Assembly: GCA_964106645.2 (NCBI GenBank)
Contig: OZ067042.1
Source: Podarcis pityusensis
Lineage: Eukaryota
Length of the DNA stretch: 64,000 bases
Strand: one strand, 5' to 3'
The notes beneath the pieces are model-generated. The model did not search any database and was not told the origin of the DNA. It saw only the letters and a list, made by a program, of their open reading frames with translations. The translations under genes were made by a program, and so were the position numbers. Of this stretch, positions 15,762 through 28,200 are shown one piece after another; positions within the stretch are counted from its first letter, which is position 1; each line of letters opens with the position of its first letter.

Positions 15762-18241
15762 ATCTATTTTGTGCCTGTCTTTCAGTTTCATTTGCTCACA
15801 AGGGCCTTGTTTTTACCAGTCTGAACCTATATTCTGTAGTTCCAGCAAAAGCAGCCCTTGTACTACAAGCTTTTATCTTCAAAGACAAAGCAAATGAGAG
15901 AATCATGATTTTAAAGGGGGGAAAAGTGAGGCTGTTAAATATTTCTTGTGGAAGATTTCCACTTACATAATTCCAGAAATGGTGTAATGCTTTGTCAAGT
16001 TTACAACTGGATTTTTAAAAGGGTTGTATGTATAGAAATCAGTGTTTCAGGGAAGCCAGTTAGTCACATCTTTAAAATGGGGGTGGGGAACCACAGGCCT
16101 GAAAGCCAAATGCAGTCATCTGGGCCTCTCTGCTTGCCCTTTGCAAGTCCTCTCAGGCCACAAGCCTACCACAGCCATATTCTAGTGGCTGTGCTTTGTA
16201 CTCTTGAACAATGCCTCTTTTTATTCCCTGGATGGAGGCTAGAGGGATGTGTGTAGAAATTAGCAAACTGTACAAAAGTAAAAATTGCATTCTTTGACCC
16301 TGCTCACTACTAGCCTCTAGGTGACTGATCAGAACATTTGTCCATCAGAAGGGGCCTGCAGGTCACTGGAAGTACATCATCTGGGATGAAATGTATATGC
16401 AGCATCATAAAGGGTGTTTCCTAAGAGGCAAACGGCAGAAAGTGGTGGAATTTAGGCCTGGTTTGAGTCTCAACACTAAATTATGTTTTTGCATTACATA
16501 AATAAGCAAGCCACTTCCTGCAGGACTGCAAGATTAGAAGCTTCCCTTTCTAGTTTCAATTTAATTACATGTACTGTTACATTTGAAGTCTAAACAGTAG
16601 TTAATCTTTGCTATGGATTGGTGAATGACCAGTTCATAAACCATAGTTAAGACTGCCCATTTTGTCTGCATTTGGACATAATAAACCACAATTGGTTAAA
16701 AGCAAGTGAAAGCTTTGTTATCCCACAATGGATGCAACCCACGATCCCAATTACCTATCTGCATTTCACTTTGGGTTGAATTAAGGCTGTGCAGAGTGGT
16801 GCAGACACATATTTGCTCAGAAATAAGATCAGTCAAGTAGTCTTAACACCTATCATTCAGCATTATCCTCAATGTAAAAGCAGCCCTGCCAGATCATTGA
16901 ATTCCGTATGTTGACGAATGCCTGTAGATTAAACAGGTTATATTAACATGTAGTATTATGCCATACTCTGCTCAGCACCATCCACATGTTTAAGACACAG
17001 GAAATAGGATCATGTTTGTTCCTCTCTTACTACAAATGGAACACAAATGGTTGTAATGAAAGCCATAATTTACTTTTGGAACAGAATGCAGTGTAACATT
17101 TATCCCAGAGATACAGTAATGCCTAAGGATGTATCCATCATTTCTCAGCACAGATTGAAAGGGCTCCTTAACTGAATTGTACACACTAGAACTCTGCACA
17201 CTGTTTATATGTAGGACCGTCACTTCTGTAGTGGCAATGTGTACAGATGACAAACTTCATCACTGTTCATGATTTATTGAAGTGTACATCAACTTCTAGT
17301 TATATTATGTGCATGGTCCAGTGTCAACATGTCAACCTGTCAAAAAAATAAACATTCAGTTACTACATCTTGCACAACTTCTATTTATTAACACACAGTG
17401 GCAGTATTTTGCCCAAACCAGGAAAAATCATATACTGGCTTGTTCTGAAGCCATTAACCAGTTTCCTGGCTCATACAAAATGGGAAATTACAGTTAACAG
17501 AAGACTTCCTGGTTGGTTTGCTGGCTCACACATTTAAGGCCTATTAAGCAGATATATGATCATACAAATGGGGATACACTGCTGACATGAAATAACATGC
17601 TATTTAGTTGGGCAGACTAAATATGCAGACTAGGTATGCTCACAACTGGATGTCAAGAGGATATGAAAGCAACCACTTCCCCTTATTTCTGCATTTAGAA
17701 ACTCTTGCCATGCCACTCAGTGAAGAACTGAGTGACATAAAATAGGATAAAAATGCACATGCTGAGCAATTGCTGCTATCTGAACTATCAACTTTTCCTT
17801 AGTCAACTCTATTAAGACATCTATGAAATTTAAACTCATGGCAAACATCCCAGGTTTCAAAAACAAGCAAATTAACCTTGCATATCCTGTATCAAAATTC
17901 TGGTACTATGCATCTGCTCCTGGTGTTTGATTAGCTGAAGAACAGAGTGTTACACAAATTCAAGATCACTACACTTTGTTATGCCATTTAAGAAAGCCCT
18001 TCTATGTTCAAGTTGAGATTAGAGAGACAGCAACATATGATAACATTCCTGGTAAGAAATAACTTCATTCATGTTGTAATCTGCTTAAAGCCCTATGAAA
18101 TGATTTACTCATAACAATACAAGTGCTTAAGATCCTAAACTTGCATTTGACATTTCATGTACAGATACAGAGATTTACCTGGATCTCTGGAGGTTTTAAG
18201 CCCTACTGGCATCAGTAAAATATGGCAGACACTTACCCATC

Positions 18242-18891
18242 TTATTTCTGTGTCACGGCTGGAGTTTGCTTCTTAGGCCTCAGTTTAAAATACAGGATGA
18301 TAGTTGCAATCGTTGTATATGTAGCTATAACATACTAAAGACAGAAAAGGATATTATTCCTCAGATAAAACACATTTCAAAGGGTTGTTTTTCTGTTATT
18401 TAAGTGCAGGAAAGAGAGAAATGGATTATTAAAAGTACCTGAGTTTATTAAAGCCCAAATCTGACAGGAAGGCAGGGCTGTCCACCTGTCAAATCACCTA
18501 ATGTAATAATGTTGTCAGGTGACACCACCTTGGGTGCTAAGACATCACCTTCTGAAGTGTGTTCCAAGGAGATTTCATTTAAACTTCTTAGAAACGCATT
18601 TCAAAGTGAAGGCCACACCACAGGATACCAGAGGCAGGGCAAGTGGTTTGTGGAATAGAGCCTTGCAAACCAAATTAGGATCCCTGCCAAGCCTAATTCG
18701 GTCTGTGTGCCAGAGGTTCCCACCCCACACATTCCCAAATCAATTCAGGAACTTTTGAGAATCAACTTCTTTGTTTCTTAGCAGTTATTTAACTGGACAC
18801 TTACATTTCTTCTGCCTGTTATGGTGTAGGCATTGAAGTATTTATGAAACCCTGTGAATTGGTGTTGTGACCCAGCATCGTGTCCTGCCAT
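18242..18891 (-). CDS. ATP5MK: ATP synthase membrane subunit k (DAPIT/USMG5), 59 aa, two coding exons (18805-18891, 18242-18334)
   Basis: Hand translation: MAGHDAGSQHQFTGFHKYFNAYTITGRRN|YVIATYTTIATIILYFKLRPKKQTPAVTQK*. Matches the DAPIT pattern QFTGxxKYFNxYTxTGR plus one hydrophobic segment. Canonical splice sites; position between TAF5 and PDCD11 as expected. Absent from the ORF track because each exon is under 60 codons. Confidence 0.95.
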
Positions 18892-19620
18892 CACTATTAG
18901 TCCTAGATTTTAAAAAAGGAAGTTAGTACTGAATCTTTTTTAAAAAATCTACAGTATCTTCCAGCCAAAGTAGACCAACTTCATTCCAATTATTTACATT
19001 TGAGCATGAAAGCATTAGCTACTAAAACTAAAACTACATAGGAGGATCTACTCAAAGCTGTTATTCTGAATTGTTTGCTACATCTAATACCAATATATTT
19101 TACAGTGCTGACCTTCAAACAATAATGGTTACTTCTGAAGTTAAGAGCGATGCTTCAAGAAACGTAATATGGGCTTGTAAATAACGAATTATTTAGCCAC
19201 CTGAGCCTCCATAGAGCAGGTTACAGATTTGCCACTATTCACATGCATGGGTAATAATAATAATAGATAACCTAATAAGAGTTGCATGTCCTATTTGTAA
19301 GAATGATGTAATCCATAGTTTTAACTGACATTAGAATACTTCATGCAGTAAATTTATCTTATTGTTCCAGACTACAACTCCTGTACCACCTATACCTGGT
19401 TGAGTCAATGACCAACAACTGTAGTTTCCCACCCCAAGGAGTCAGGCCATCAATGTCATAGCTAAAGGCATAAGTCTGGGCAGAAAGCAAGCACTTTCAA
19501 ACAGACCTTCAATCACTGTTGTTCAGCAAGAAGTGGAAGGGAATAGGCACCAACCACTGAAACATTCAAATCAATTCACTGAGGAATACTAGTTAGATCT
19601 AGTATAGGAGACCAACTTAC

Positions 19621-19688
19621 CAAATGTTTCTCAACTGTGATTAACACAGGTATCTCCTCAACAGGTGGATTGATTTTACACTGCAAAT
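19621..19688 (-). other. ATP5MK: Candidate non-coding 5'UTR exon of ATP5MK (68 nt)
   Basis: Minus strand: strong acceptor CTCTTTCCTTGTTTTCCAG| and donor TG|GTAAGT; no ATG inside. Confidence 0.6.
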
Positions 19689-20300
19689 CTGGAAAACAAG
19701 GAAAGAGACGGCTCATCCTCTTGCAGATACAGGGACACTACGGAGTCATAAGCAAAGCCAACCAGTCTGGTGCTATGCATAACCCCAGAACTTCAGAAAA
19801 AGGAAACCACTCCGTTTTGCATATTCCCATTGGGATATTTCACTAACCAGAAAGTTATTTTATGCATCATTGAAATAATAGCCTTTAAACAGTTCAAACT
19901 GCTCAGTACTTTTCAATCAACATAACAGAAGCTCCTTTAGACCTCGGCTACCTATTACCATTGAACTAACTTTAGTTATTTCATATGAACAGCAACATGC
20001 GTATAAAGAGTATCAAACGCTAAATTACTCTATGTACCAACCAATGACATTCATATCGAGTTTTGAAGACAACACAAAGAATAGAAAATGACAGCCTGGA
20101 TCCCTCGGCCCGGTCGGAAACAGCAGCACAAAAATGCTGACCCTTTGGACCTATGCAGGAGCTATTGGCTTACGAAACTGAATTTCAATTGCCATAGCAA
20201 TCCTTGAAGGTTACTCCTACCAGGGTCTGTGTGTCACAAGACACTAACAGGACCTCTACCCTTTTTACAGATGCTACTCAAACTTCCCAACAAAATTAAC

Positions 20301-20790
20301 CTTCTGCCGAGCCAAGTCAGCGCCCGCCGCAGTTATTACCCGCTTTCTCCTCCCGATAACAACCATTCAATGCCCTTCGCGTGCAAGATGGCGTCGCTCA
20401 AACAGCCGTCCTTTCCGCTTGCCTCTGATTGGCTGAGGCGCGCCGCCCTGACGAGTAAGGCGGCACCGCCTCAGAAAGCTATGGTGTGATTGGGCAATTT
20501 GCGTGTTTGTCAAAGTTACCGGATTCCTTGCGCTCTGTGACGACTAATAAACCGTCCCGCGAGTTCTACCACGGTCCGGTTTCCGTAAAGCCCACTTCCG
20601 GTTCTCCTTTGCTGGCCTTCGAATTCGTTTCCGGGTTACGGAGCAGATGGCGGCTCTCACGCCCGAGGCGTGCCAGTGAGTTGAAGAAGCGTGGGGGACA
20701 TAAGGTACATAAGCTGAGCTCTCTGGAAAAGAGGGATAATGACGGAAAGGAGGGTGGCCTAAGGAGAGGGGGCCGAGTCCGGGTAAGCTG
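20301..20790. promoter_or_regulatory. Bidirectional CpG-island promoter and first non-coding exons of ATP5MK (minus) and PDCD11 (plus)
   Basis: CpG-rich. YY1 motifs CAAGATGGCG (20384-20393) and AGATGGCGGC (20645-20654); ATTGG/CCAAT boxes at 20428 and 20489; ETS/GABPA ACTTCCGG (20594-20601). Candidate splice donors face outward on both strands. Confidence 0.8.
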
Positions 20791-21487
20791 AGGATTGAGA
20801 AATACGGCAAGGTGGGTTGCACGTGTAGAACTAGCGTGGCTGTGTGAGTGCCTTGCGGGTTCGCCGCCGGAGTGCTTGCTGTGACGCGCCTCCGCTCTTC
20901 TGTTTGCAGGATCTCTCACAGAAGACATGGAAGGGGGGCTGTGTGGCTTGATTTAACTTCCGTGCAGAAAATTGAATAGTCTGTAACCCTAGAAATCAGG
21001 GTGTGGGGTGATCATACCGCTTCCCACCCTCAAACTCTGTTTTGCTAAGGGGTTGGGGGACGGTGGAGTGTGAAGTATGGAGTATGGACGACCGTCAGGA
21101 CCCCACTTTCTTCCCACTAAAGCCATTCATCCCGTTTTTGTAATATTTTTTTTAAATATTGAAAGCTGCTTTATGGACATAAAGGCAGAGTGAAAATAGT
21201 GCTCTTATCTGCCTCAGCTTCCACTTTGTGCCTTCTGAGCTATATAAAAATGTTTATATTTTAAAACTAGTAAAAGATTGCTAGATTTTTCTGAATGTAT
21301 GTGGGGGAAATGATTAAAATACTGGTATGGTTATGAAGCAAAGTCATTTAGAATAGTGCATATTGTTCATATTGTTTGTGAAATGCTCTTTTTAGTTTGT
21401 CATATTTTAAAATACAAAGTTTCTGGGTTTATAATAGCTGCACAACAGCCAGAAATCAACAGGTGAGTTTTTTTCTTGGCTGAGAGA

Positions 21488-21633
21488 TAGAATCATAGAC
21501 TTGGAAGAGGACCCAATCATAGAGTTGGAAGGGACCCTGAGGATCATCTAGTCCAACCCCTGGGATGCACCCATGCAGGGATCAAACCTGTGACCTTGGT
21601 GTTATTGGCGCCACGCTCTAACCAACTGAGCTA
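21488..21633 (-). mobile_element. tRNA-derived SINE with CR1-like tail (POM/Squam2-like)
   Basis: Minus-strand head TAGCTCAGTTGGTTAGAGCGTGGCGCCAATAAC...GGTTTGATCCC; tail GTTGGACTAGATGATCC...TCTATGATTCTA, partly duplicated. Confidence 0.7.
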
Positions 21634-21682
21634 ATGGTAGAAAAAACTATTTATTGATCTCCACTTATGTAGGCATTGAATA

Positions 21683-21908
21683 CAGTGGTACCTCAGGTTA
21701 AGTACTTAATTCGTTCCGGAGGTCCGTACTTAACCTGAAACTATTCTTAACCTGAAGCACCACTTTAGCTAATGGGGCCTCCTGCTGCTGCCGCGCCGCC
21801 GGAGCACACTTTCTGTTCTCATCCTGAAGCAAAGTACTTAACCCGAGGTACTATTTCTGGGTTAGCGGAGTCTGTAACCTGAAGCGTCTGTAACCTGAGG
21901 TACCACTG
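21683..21908. mobile_element. Tc1/mariner-pogo (Tigger-like) MITE, 226 bp
   Basis: Perfect 18-bp TIRs CAGTGGTACCTCAGGTTA / TAACCTGAGGTACCACTG flanked by a TA duplication. Confidence 0.9.
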
Positions 21909-22260
21909 TACTTAGGATCTTGGTTCATGAAATAACTCTTTGTGACTTAAGAACAAAGGAAGGACTAGCTTATTTTTGCATCTCTACCAGTAGACATTCA
22001 GTTTGAGTAGGTGTGGTACAGTGTTTGCACATCATAGATTAACAATATTTATGAGCTCTTGGTGTCCTGATACTCTCATGAGTGTTGTCTTGTTTTAGAG
22101 AATGAATCATCTTCAAAAGCACAACAATTACTTTATTCCTGTTATTTTAAAGTCTGTCCTCATTCTTTGCATATAAGAAAATGTTTGTGTTGGTTTTGCC
22201 CTTTTGAACACAATTTGTATATGCAAATAACTTTGTTGCTTCCATTGCAGAAAGATAACC

Positions 22261-25200
22261 ATGTCATCTGTAGAAGAGAATTTCCCTCGAGGTGGCCCAC
22301 AAAGGAAAAGTCAAGAAGAAAAAGCGGCCAGACAGTCAGCAGTAGAGCAGGATAATTTATTCAAAGTATGCAAACTGTGAACATATTAAGTTGCCTTCTA
22401 CTAAGTCAGATCATAGGTTCATCTTGTCGCTTATTATTGCCTATTCTGCTTGGTAGCAATTCTCTAACTGCTTACAGAGGTGTTTCTCAAACCCTATTTC
22501 CTGTAGCAATTTTAACTGGAGTTGCCAAGGATTCAGCCCAGATTCTTCAGCATTCAATGCATATGCTTTATCACTGTGCTATAGCCCCAGATTGATGCAC
22601 TGACATTGTTCTTAACACAATAAGTGGTTCTGGGAACTCTTCAGGATAGAAGAGAAATGCCTGTGCTGTATAAACAAGTTTCCTGCCGATTAAACTGTAG
22701 CTTCTGATTTTGGCTCATTTCAATAAGCCAGAGTTTGGCCTGGTTTGGGCATAGCAACAAATTGTGGTTAGTTTAGTTTAAACTCGGAAGTGAATGCTTC
22801 AAAATTCTTCCTTTGATGTGTGCCAGAGGAAGAGAGAGGAGGTGGAAGACTTCAGCCTCAATTTTGAGCTCACTTGCTTCCATAACACTAAACTGGGTTA
22901 GTGCAGGAACTTGTCGATCTCAAGATGTTGTTGGTTTCCAACTCCCACCAGCCCTAGCTATCATGGCCATTGGTTAGAAATGATGGAAGTTGTAATCCAG
23001 CAGTATCGGGAAGGTAACAGCATCTCCATTCTTGTTTAACTTTAGATCTGTACAGCTCCTTTGAGTTTCAGACCAGGCCTTCCTTAAGATTAAACTCTCT
23101 TAAACATGCTTTCCTGCAGGTTACGTTCATGGGTCCCTTTGCAGCTCTAAAACTAAACTATTGTTTTAGGGAAGCAACTGTCTTTTCAAAATCTTGAAAT
23201 GTCTTTCTTTTTTTTAACTGTCTTAGACGCAACATGAAGAAGTGACCAAGAAAAGAAAGAAAAACCATCAAGATGAAACAAAGCCAAAAAAACTCAAGAT
23301 TGAGAAGAAAGCCGTTGTAAAAATCGGTGTTAAACATTTTGAATTTCTAACAGTTGAGGTTGGTCTATAATTTGTATTATGGCTTATTTTCACACTGTGG
23401 CAAATAACTACACAATAATAAGTAGTACCACTTCAAATAGTAGCATATGAGACAGGAGTAGATTGTACATCATTGTGGTATTGAGAGATAATTCATAGCA
23501 TGCAGAAGGCAGTGGTGTAATTTTCCCCTTCCGCTTTTCTTTGGATTTTTTTAGGTCTTGTTAAAAAGGGGACTTACAGCTTTTATTAACATTATACCTT
23601 TTTCCCCTGTGGGGGACAGTCCAGTTGTGTAGAACACAGGAGAAAAAAAGTGATTCTGAAAGTTGCTTATTACCTGTCCTTGTTTTTTAAACAGTCCCTC
23701 ACTGCAGGGGTACTGCTCTTAGGATGCGTGAAAGAGTCTAATCAGTTTGAGCTGGTGATCAGCTTGCCCAATGGGCTCACTGGATTTGTGCAAGTGACAC
23801 GTATAAGTGATGCCTACAATGAGATGCTGAATGAACAGGTGGCTACAGATGAGCACTTAGAGGTAAGACAAGGTGTGTGTGTTACGTAGTTGTTTGGTGG
23901 GTTCTGCAAGTACCACCAAGCAGCAGGTTTCTTCTGTTCAGGGCATTCTCTTGCCTCCTCTGTTTCCTGCTCTGTCCTGAAGAGGTCTACATTGTAGAAG
24001 ACCATTTAGAGCTGCCTACAACACCTGACTTGCTTTGGTGCCAAGATGGGGAACTTGAGGCCATCCAGATGTTGTTAGCCATCCGCAACAGCTACAGCTA
24101 GAGTTGATGTGAGTTGTAGTCCAACATCAGGAGTGCCCTGCCTAGTGTTTTGCACACTGCAAGAATGGGAGGATGTGCATTGAAATTAATATCTTTGGAA
24201 TTGAATAAAAACGAAAGAAGGTAGACCTTTTTTAAAAAGCACTTCTAGATTTTGATTGACACATCCCATTCCAGTCTGGAACAACATATGCTGTGGTGTT
24301 TGCCCATTCTTTGGGGATATGTTTGTATTGAGGGAGAGAAAGGGTTAATAGGTTGACCAATAAGAAAGTCCGGAGGCAGAGCCTACCTGATTTTGAGGCT
24401 CAGCCCAGAGGTTTTGACAGTTAGTTCGCTTGGTTCTTTTTTTGGGCAGGGGGGATAGAGGAGTCAGAGACGGGGACAAGACTGCGAGGCAATAGAGTGA
24501 CAGCGTTTCGAATATATTTTAAAACTTGTTTGTGTTTGAAATAAACTTTAATCTTCATTGTTAACTCTACCTGACTGAAACTTAATACTTCACCGGGGAA
24601 CCCTGGGTTTCCTCCCCACAAAATTGGTGGCAGTGGAAGAATAAAGTAGTGGTGTACAGGTCAATAGTCGGTGAAATGACCGGGGGCTCTGTACGAATGC
24701 CACAAAATTGGTGGCAGAGGTGTGATGAATACATCGTGAGGGGAAAGGTAAATCTGGGAATGATTACCTTATCCTGGGTGTGAAGACATATTGGTGTAGT
24801 TGTGGAAAAACCCAGTGTATGAGGCGAAGCCAACGTTATAAATTGAAAAGAGAACTTGAAGCTATTCTGGCAGAGGTTTTAGACTTGTGGTTGGGTGAAG
24901 GGATCTTGCAGGGTCGGTGTGGAGACCCAGTGCAGACTGTGGGGACAGAGTCTAAAAGGGAACCTAGCCAGAGGGAATAGCAGTGAGAAAAATTTCTTAT
25001 CTGACTCTGTTTTGCTGTCAAATCACACTTGACATGCCACCCAAAAAGCCAAGAAATCCTGTTAGGGAAACAACATATGAAAAGTCTGAAGGAGAGGGAA
25101 ATGGGAATCCTCAGGGAGAAGGGCAGAATTTAGAGGAAATATTAGAAATTCCCTCTGGCTAGTTCCCTTTTAGACTCTGGCCCCGAATTCCTGCATTGGG

Positions 25201-28200
25201 TCTCCACACAGCCAGTAACATGAATTTCTTTTGGCTTGCCATCTGTATTTTGGAGGAAATAAGCTTTGAATAGTTAAATGGCTGTATCACAACCCCTTCA
25301 GTAATCAACATCCTCCGTAGCATGTTCAAAAATTCAGTTGTATTGCTTACAGCAGAACATTTTGTTTGGCCAAAGTTTCAGAGTCAGTGACTAGATATTG
25401 CTGTTGCCGTTTTGATATGTTTCTTATTTTAGTCTTTATCCATTAAACTATCTTTTTGCAGGATCTGAATTCTCTCTCAGATCTCTTTACCCCAGGAATG
25501 CTGGTCAGATGTGCTGTGGTTGGTGTGGAGAAGACTACTACAGGTCGTCAGAGTATACAGCTAACAATCAACCCCAAAGATGTCAACAAGGCTTTGAATG
25601 CTGCCACTCTGAGACCAGGCATGGTATGAAACATATGAATTATCTGTTTACGCCTGCCTTTTCAAAATTATGTCATGTTGCTTACAAAAAATAAAATATA
25701 ATAAAGCAAAATAAAAAGCACAAAACTACAACAATTAATAACACTTTAGCAGATAAATAGCTTTGAAATGTAAAGTAACAATTGAAAGAAGCAGTAATAA
25801 AAACTCAGTGTGATGAATTAAGATGTCTGGATAAATAAAAATGCCTTTACTTGGTGCCAGAAAGTCATCCATGTAGGTGCCAGGTATACAGACCTAGAGA
25901 GGGGTTTCCATGGAAAAGAACCTCTCTGGTATCATCACATACCCTAACCTCAGTAGCTGGGGAACCTGGCAATGGGCATCATCAGATGAGCTCAAAACAT
26001 ATCATCTGTTAATTTTTTGTGATTTGATATGGGAAAATGTTCTTGTGCCTTTTATAAGAATGCAGGGAATAGAATTTCAGCAGGTGCAGGTGCAGATATC
26101 TTGTCCTAATATTGCTGTGAAGGGTATAGGTCTCATTTGTGGAAGCCCAAAGTCCTGTTTCTTTTCAGGGAAACTTGAGTGCTTGAGGAGGGAGGAACAA
26201 CAACAAGGAGTCTGATAAAATTTCCTTTAAGCTTACACTTCTTCTCCAAACAGCTGCTCTCTGGCTGCATCTCTAGTGTGGAAGATCACGGCTACCTTAT
26301 TGACATAGGCATCCAAGCAACAAAAGCATTTATTCCTCGTCAGAAAGCCAAGGCCTACTTGCAGTCAGCCAGCAAAGGTATAACTATACTTAGGAGTACT
26401 GGGTTTAAGGCAGGGGGAGAAGCAAATGGGTGGTTTAGAGAACTGTAAAATCTTAGATTTGGGAGTTACCAGAGGCAGAATTTACTGCCCAATGTTTGTG
26501 TGTGTGTGTGTGTGTCTGTGTCTGTGTGTGTTTGAGAGAGAGAGATTCTTGAGTACATATCATTGTACAGTAACTTATAAGTGGCCAGCTGTTGCCTGGC
26601 TTCTCTTGTTTAGGAAGCTTTTTATGCAAGGTGGAGTATTTCAGTCTAGGATGAAAAGCCTTTTAATGTGATGAACATGTGAAAGGATTTCAGAAGTAGC
26701 TGGTGCCAGGAAATAATGGCCATAGTGATAGAAAGGTAATGTCAAAGCTTTGCTGATAAGTGATGATAGTTGCATGTGTTGGTCTCTTAGGGACTGAGCT
26801 GAAGATAGGCCAGTACTTCAACTGCCTTATTGAAGAAGTAAAGAATGGTGGGCGGATAATCCGCATGGCCATTGATCAGTCGGAGGTTGCTGCAGCTATT
26901 GCCACAGAAGAACAAAACTGGTCCCTTGGCAATTTGCTACCTGGGCTGGTGGTGAAAGCCCAGATTCAGGAGGTAAGCTGTTTTTTACGAATTAATTTAC
27001 TAATCTTATTTTCTTCTCTCTTGGAAAAGTACAGTGAAATTAATAAATTCTCTAACACATCTGCATTATTTTTTTTAAAATGATATTTATTGAATTTTTT
27101 TTTTAGAATTACAAAAAAAAGACAAAACAGAAAAATAAAAAATAAAAATCCATCATTCTCAAATTTTCAACTTTCATTACCTTCTTTCTTTGACCTCCTC
27201 CTCCTCCCCTTTTTTGTATCCTAATTAATAATTATCGCAGCAAATCCTTTCCATAATTCATAATATTCTGTCATTACATTACCTTAATCTATTTTCATCT
27301 TATCTTATAGAAAACCTTAAAACTTAAAACTTAAATCTTATTTTTACCAACTTCTCATAACCATAATATTCTTACCTAATTCTTTAAACATTTTTGCTAG
27401 AGCCAAGTAATTTCATTTCAACATCTTTCCAACATTCATCAATTTTATAAAACAATCCTAATGACAAAAAATAATAAAAAAAAATAAAAACAATCCAATC
27501 TTCATCCAGCGTCCCTTCCTCCTGGTCCCGGGTTTTGTCAGTCCTTTTTCCCATTGATCTAGCGCATTAACCTGGTAACCTTATATCCGAGGCCCTTAAG
27601 TCTCTTCCATGTCCCTTCCGCGGCTCTTCTTCATATTTTCCTTTCCCTCGTGGGAACTCCAGTTTGGTAATGTTTTTGACCCTTTTCAACAAATCAGCCC
27701 CTTTAAACTCCATATGGTATTTAAGAACATGTTTCAGAATCCCTCCAAAATTGAGAGCCCCCACAGCTCCAAACATCTCACGGCCCATTGCCAGACTCGG
27801 AAAGTCCAAACATCCCTTCATAGGGGGGTCAATCCAACCCCCCATTTCCAAACCAATCCAAACTTTATCTTTCCAAATCTGGTTTTTTCCAAGTTCATTT
27901 GTCAAATCCAAAAGCTCATGTTCCTGCAGGGCCACAGCTCCCTCCATCTCTGGCGCCCAAGATTCAGCAACGTCCTCTCATCTGTTCTGTCAGGGCACAC
28001 TCCTGATTTAGTTCCTGGGTGGGCTCCATATAGTTTCCCACTGCCTGTTCAAAAGTTCTGACCGCATTAGTCATCAAATCCGTCTTCTCATTTAACTGAA
28101 CCAGTAGGGCATTTGTTTTACAGAGAGCACGCAACAGAGCTTCTGAATACATTGTCCTACAAGGTCACAAGTCTATTCCCACGATTGTAATCTGTGACAG

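Noticed and set aside
18900-20300. miR-1307-like hairpin, expected here from the mammalian ATP5MK locus
   Set aside because: No GC-rich hairpin or recognisable mature sequence found by eye.
21560-21633. tRNA-like sequence
   Set aside because: Degenerate SINE head joined to a CR1-like tail; no complete cloverleaf.
26668-26756. Possible C/D box snoRNA (GTGATGA ... CTGA) in a PDCD11 intron
   Set aside because: No convincing terminal stem or recognisable rRNA antisense element, and it lies only about 34 nt from the 3' splice site.
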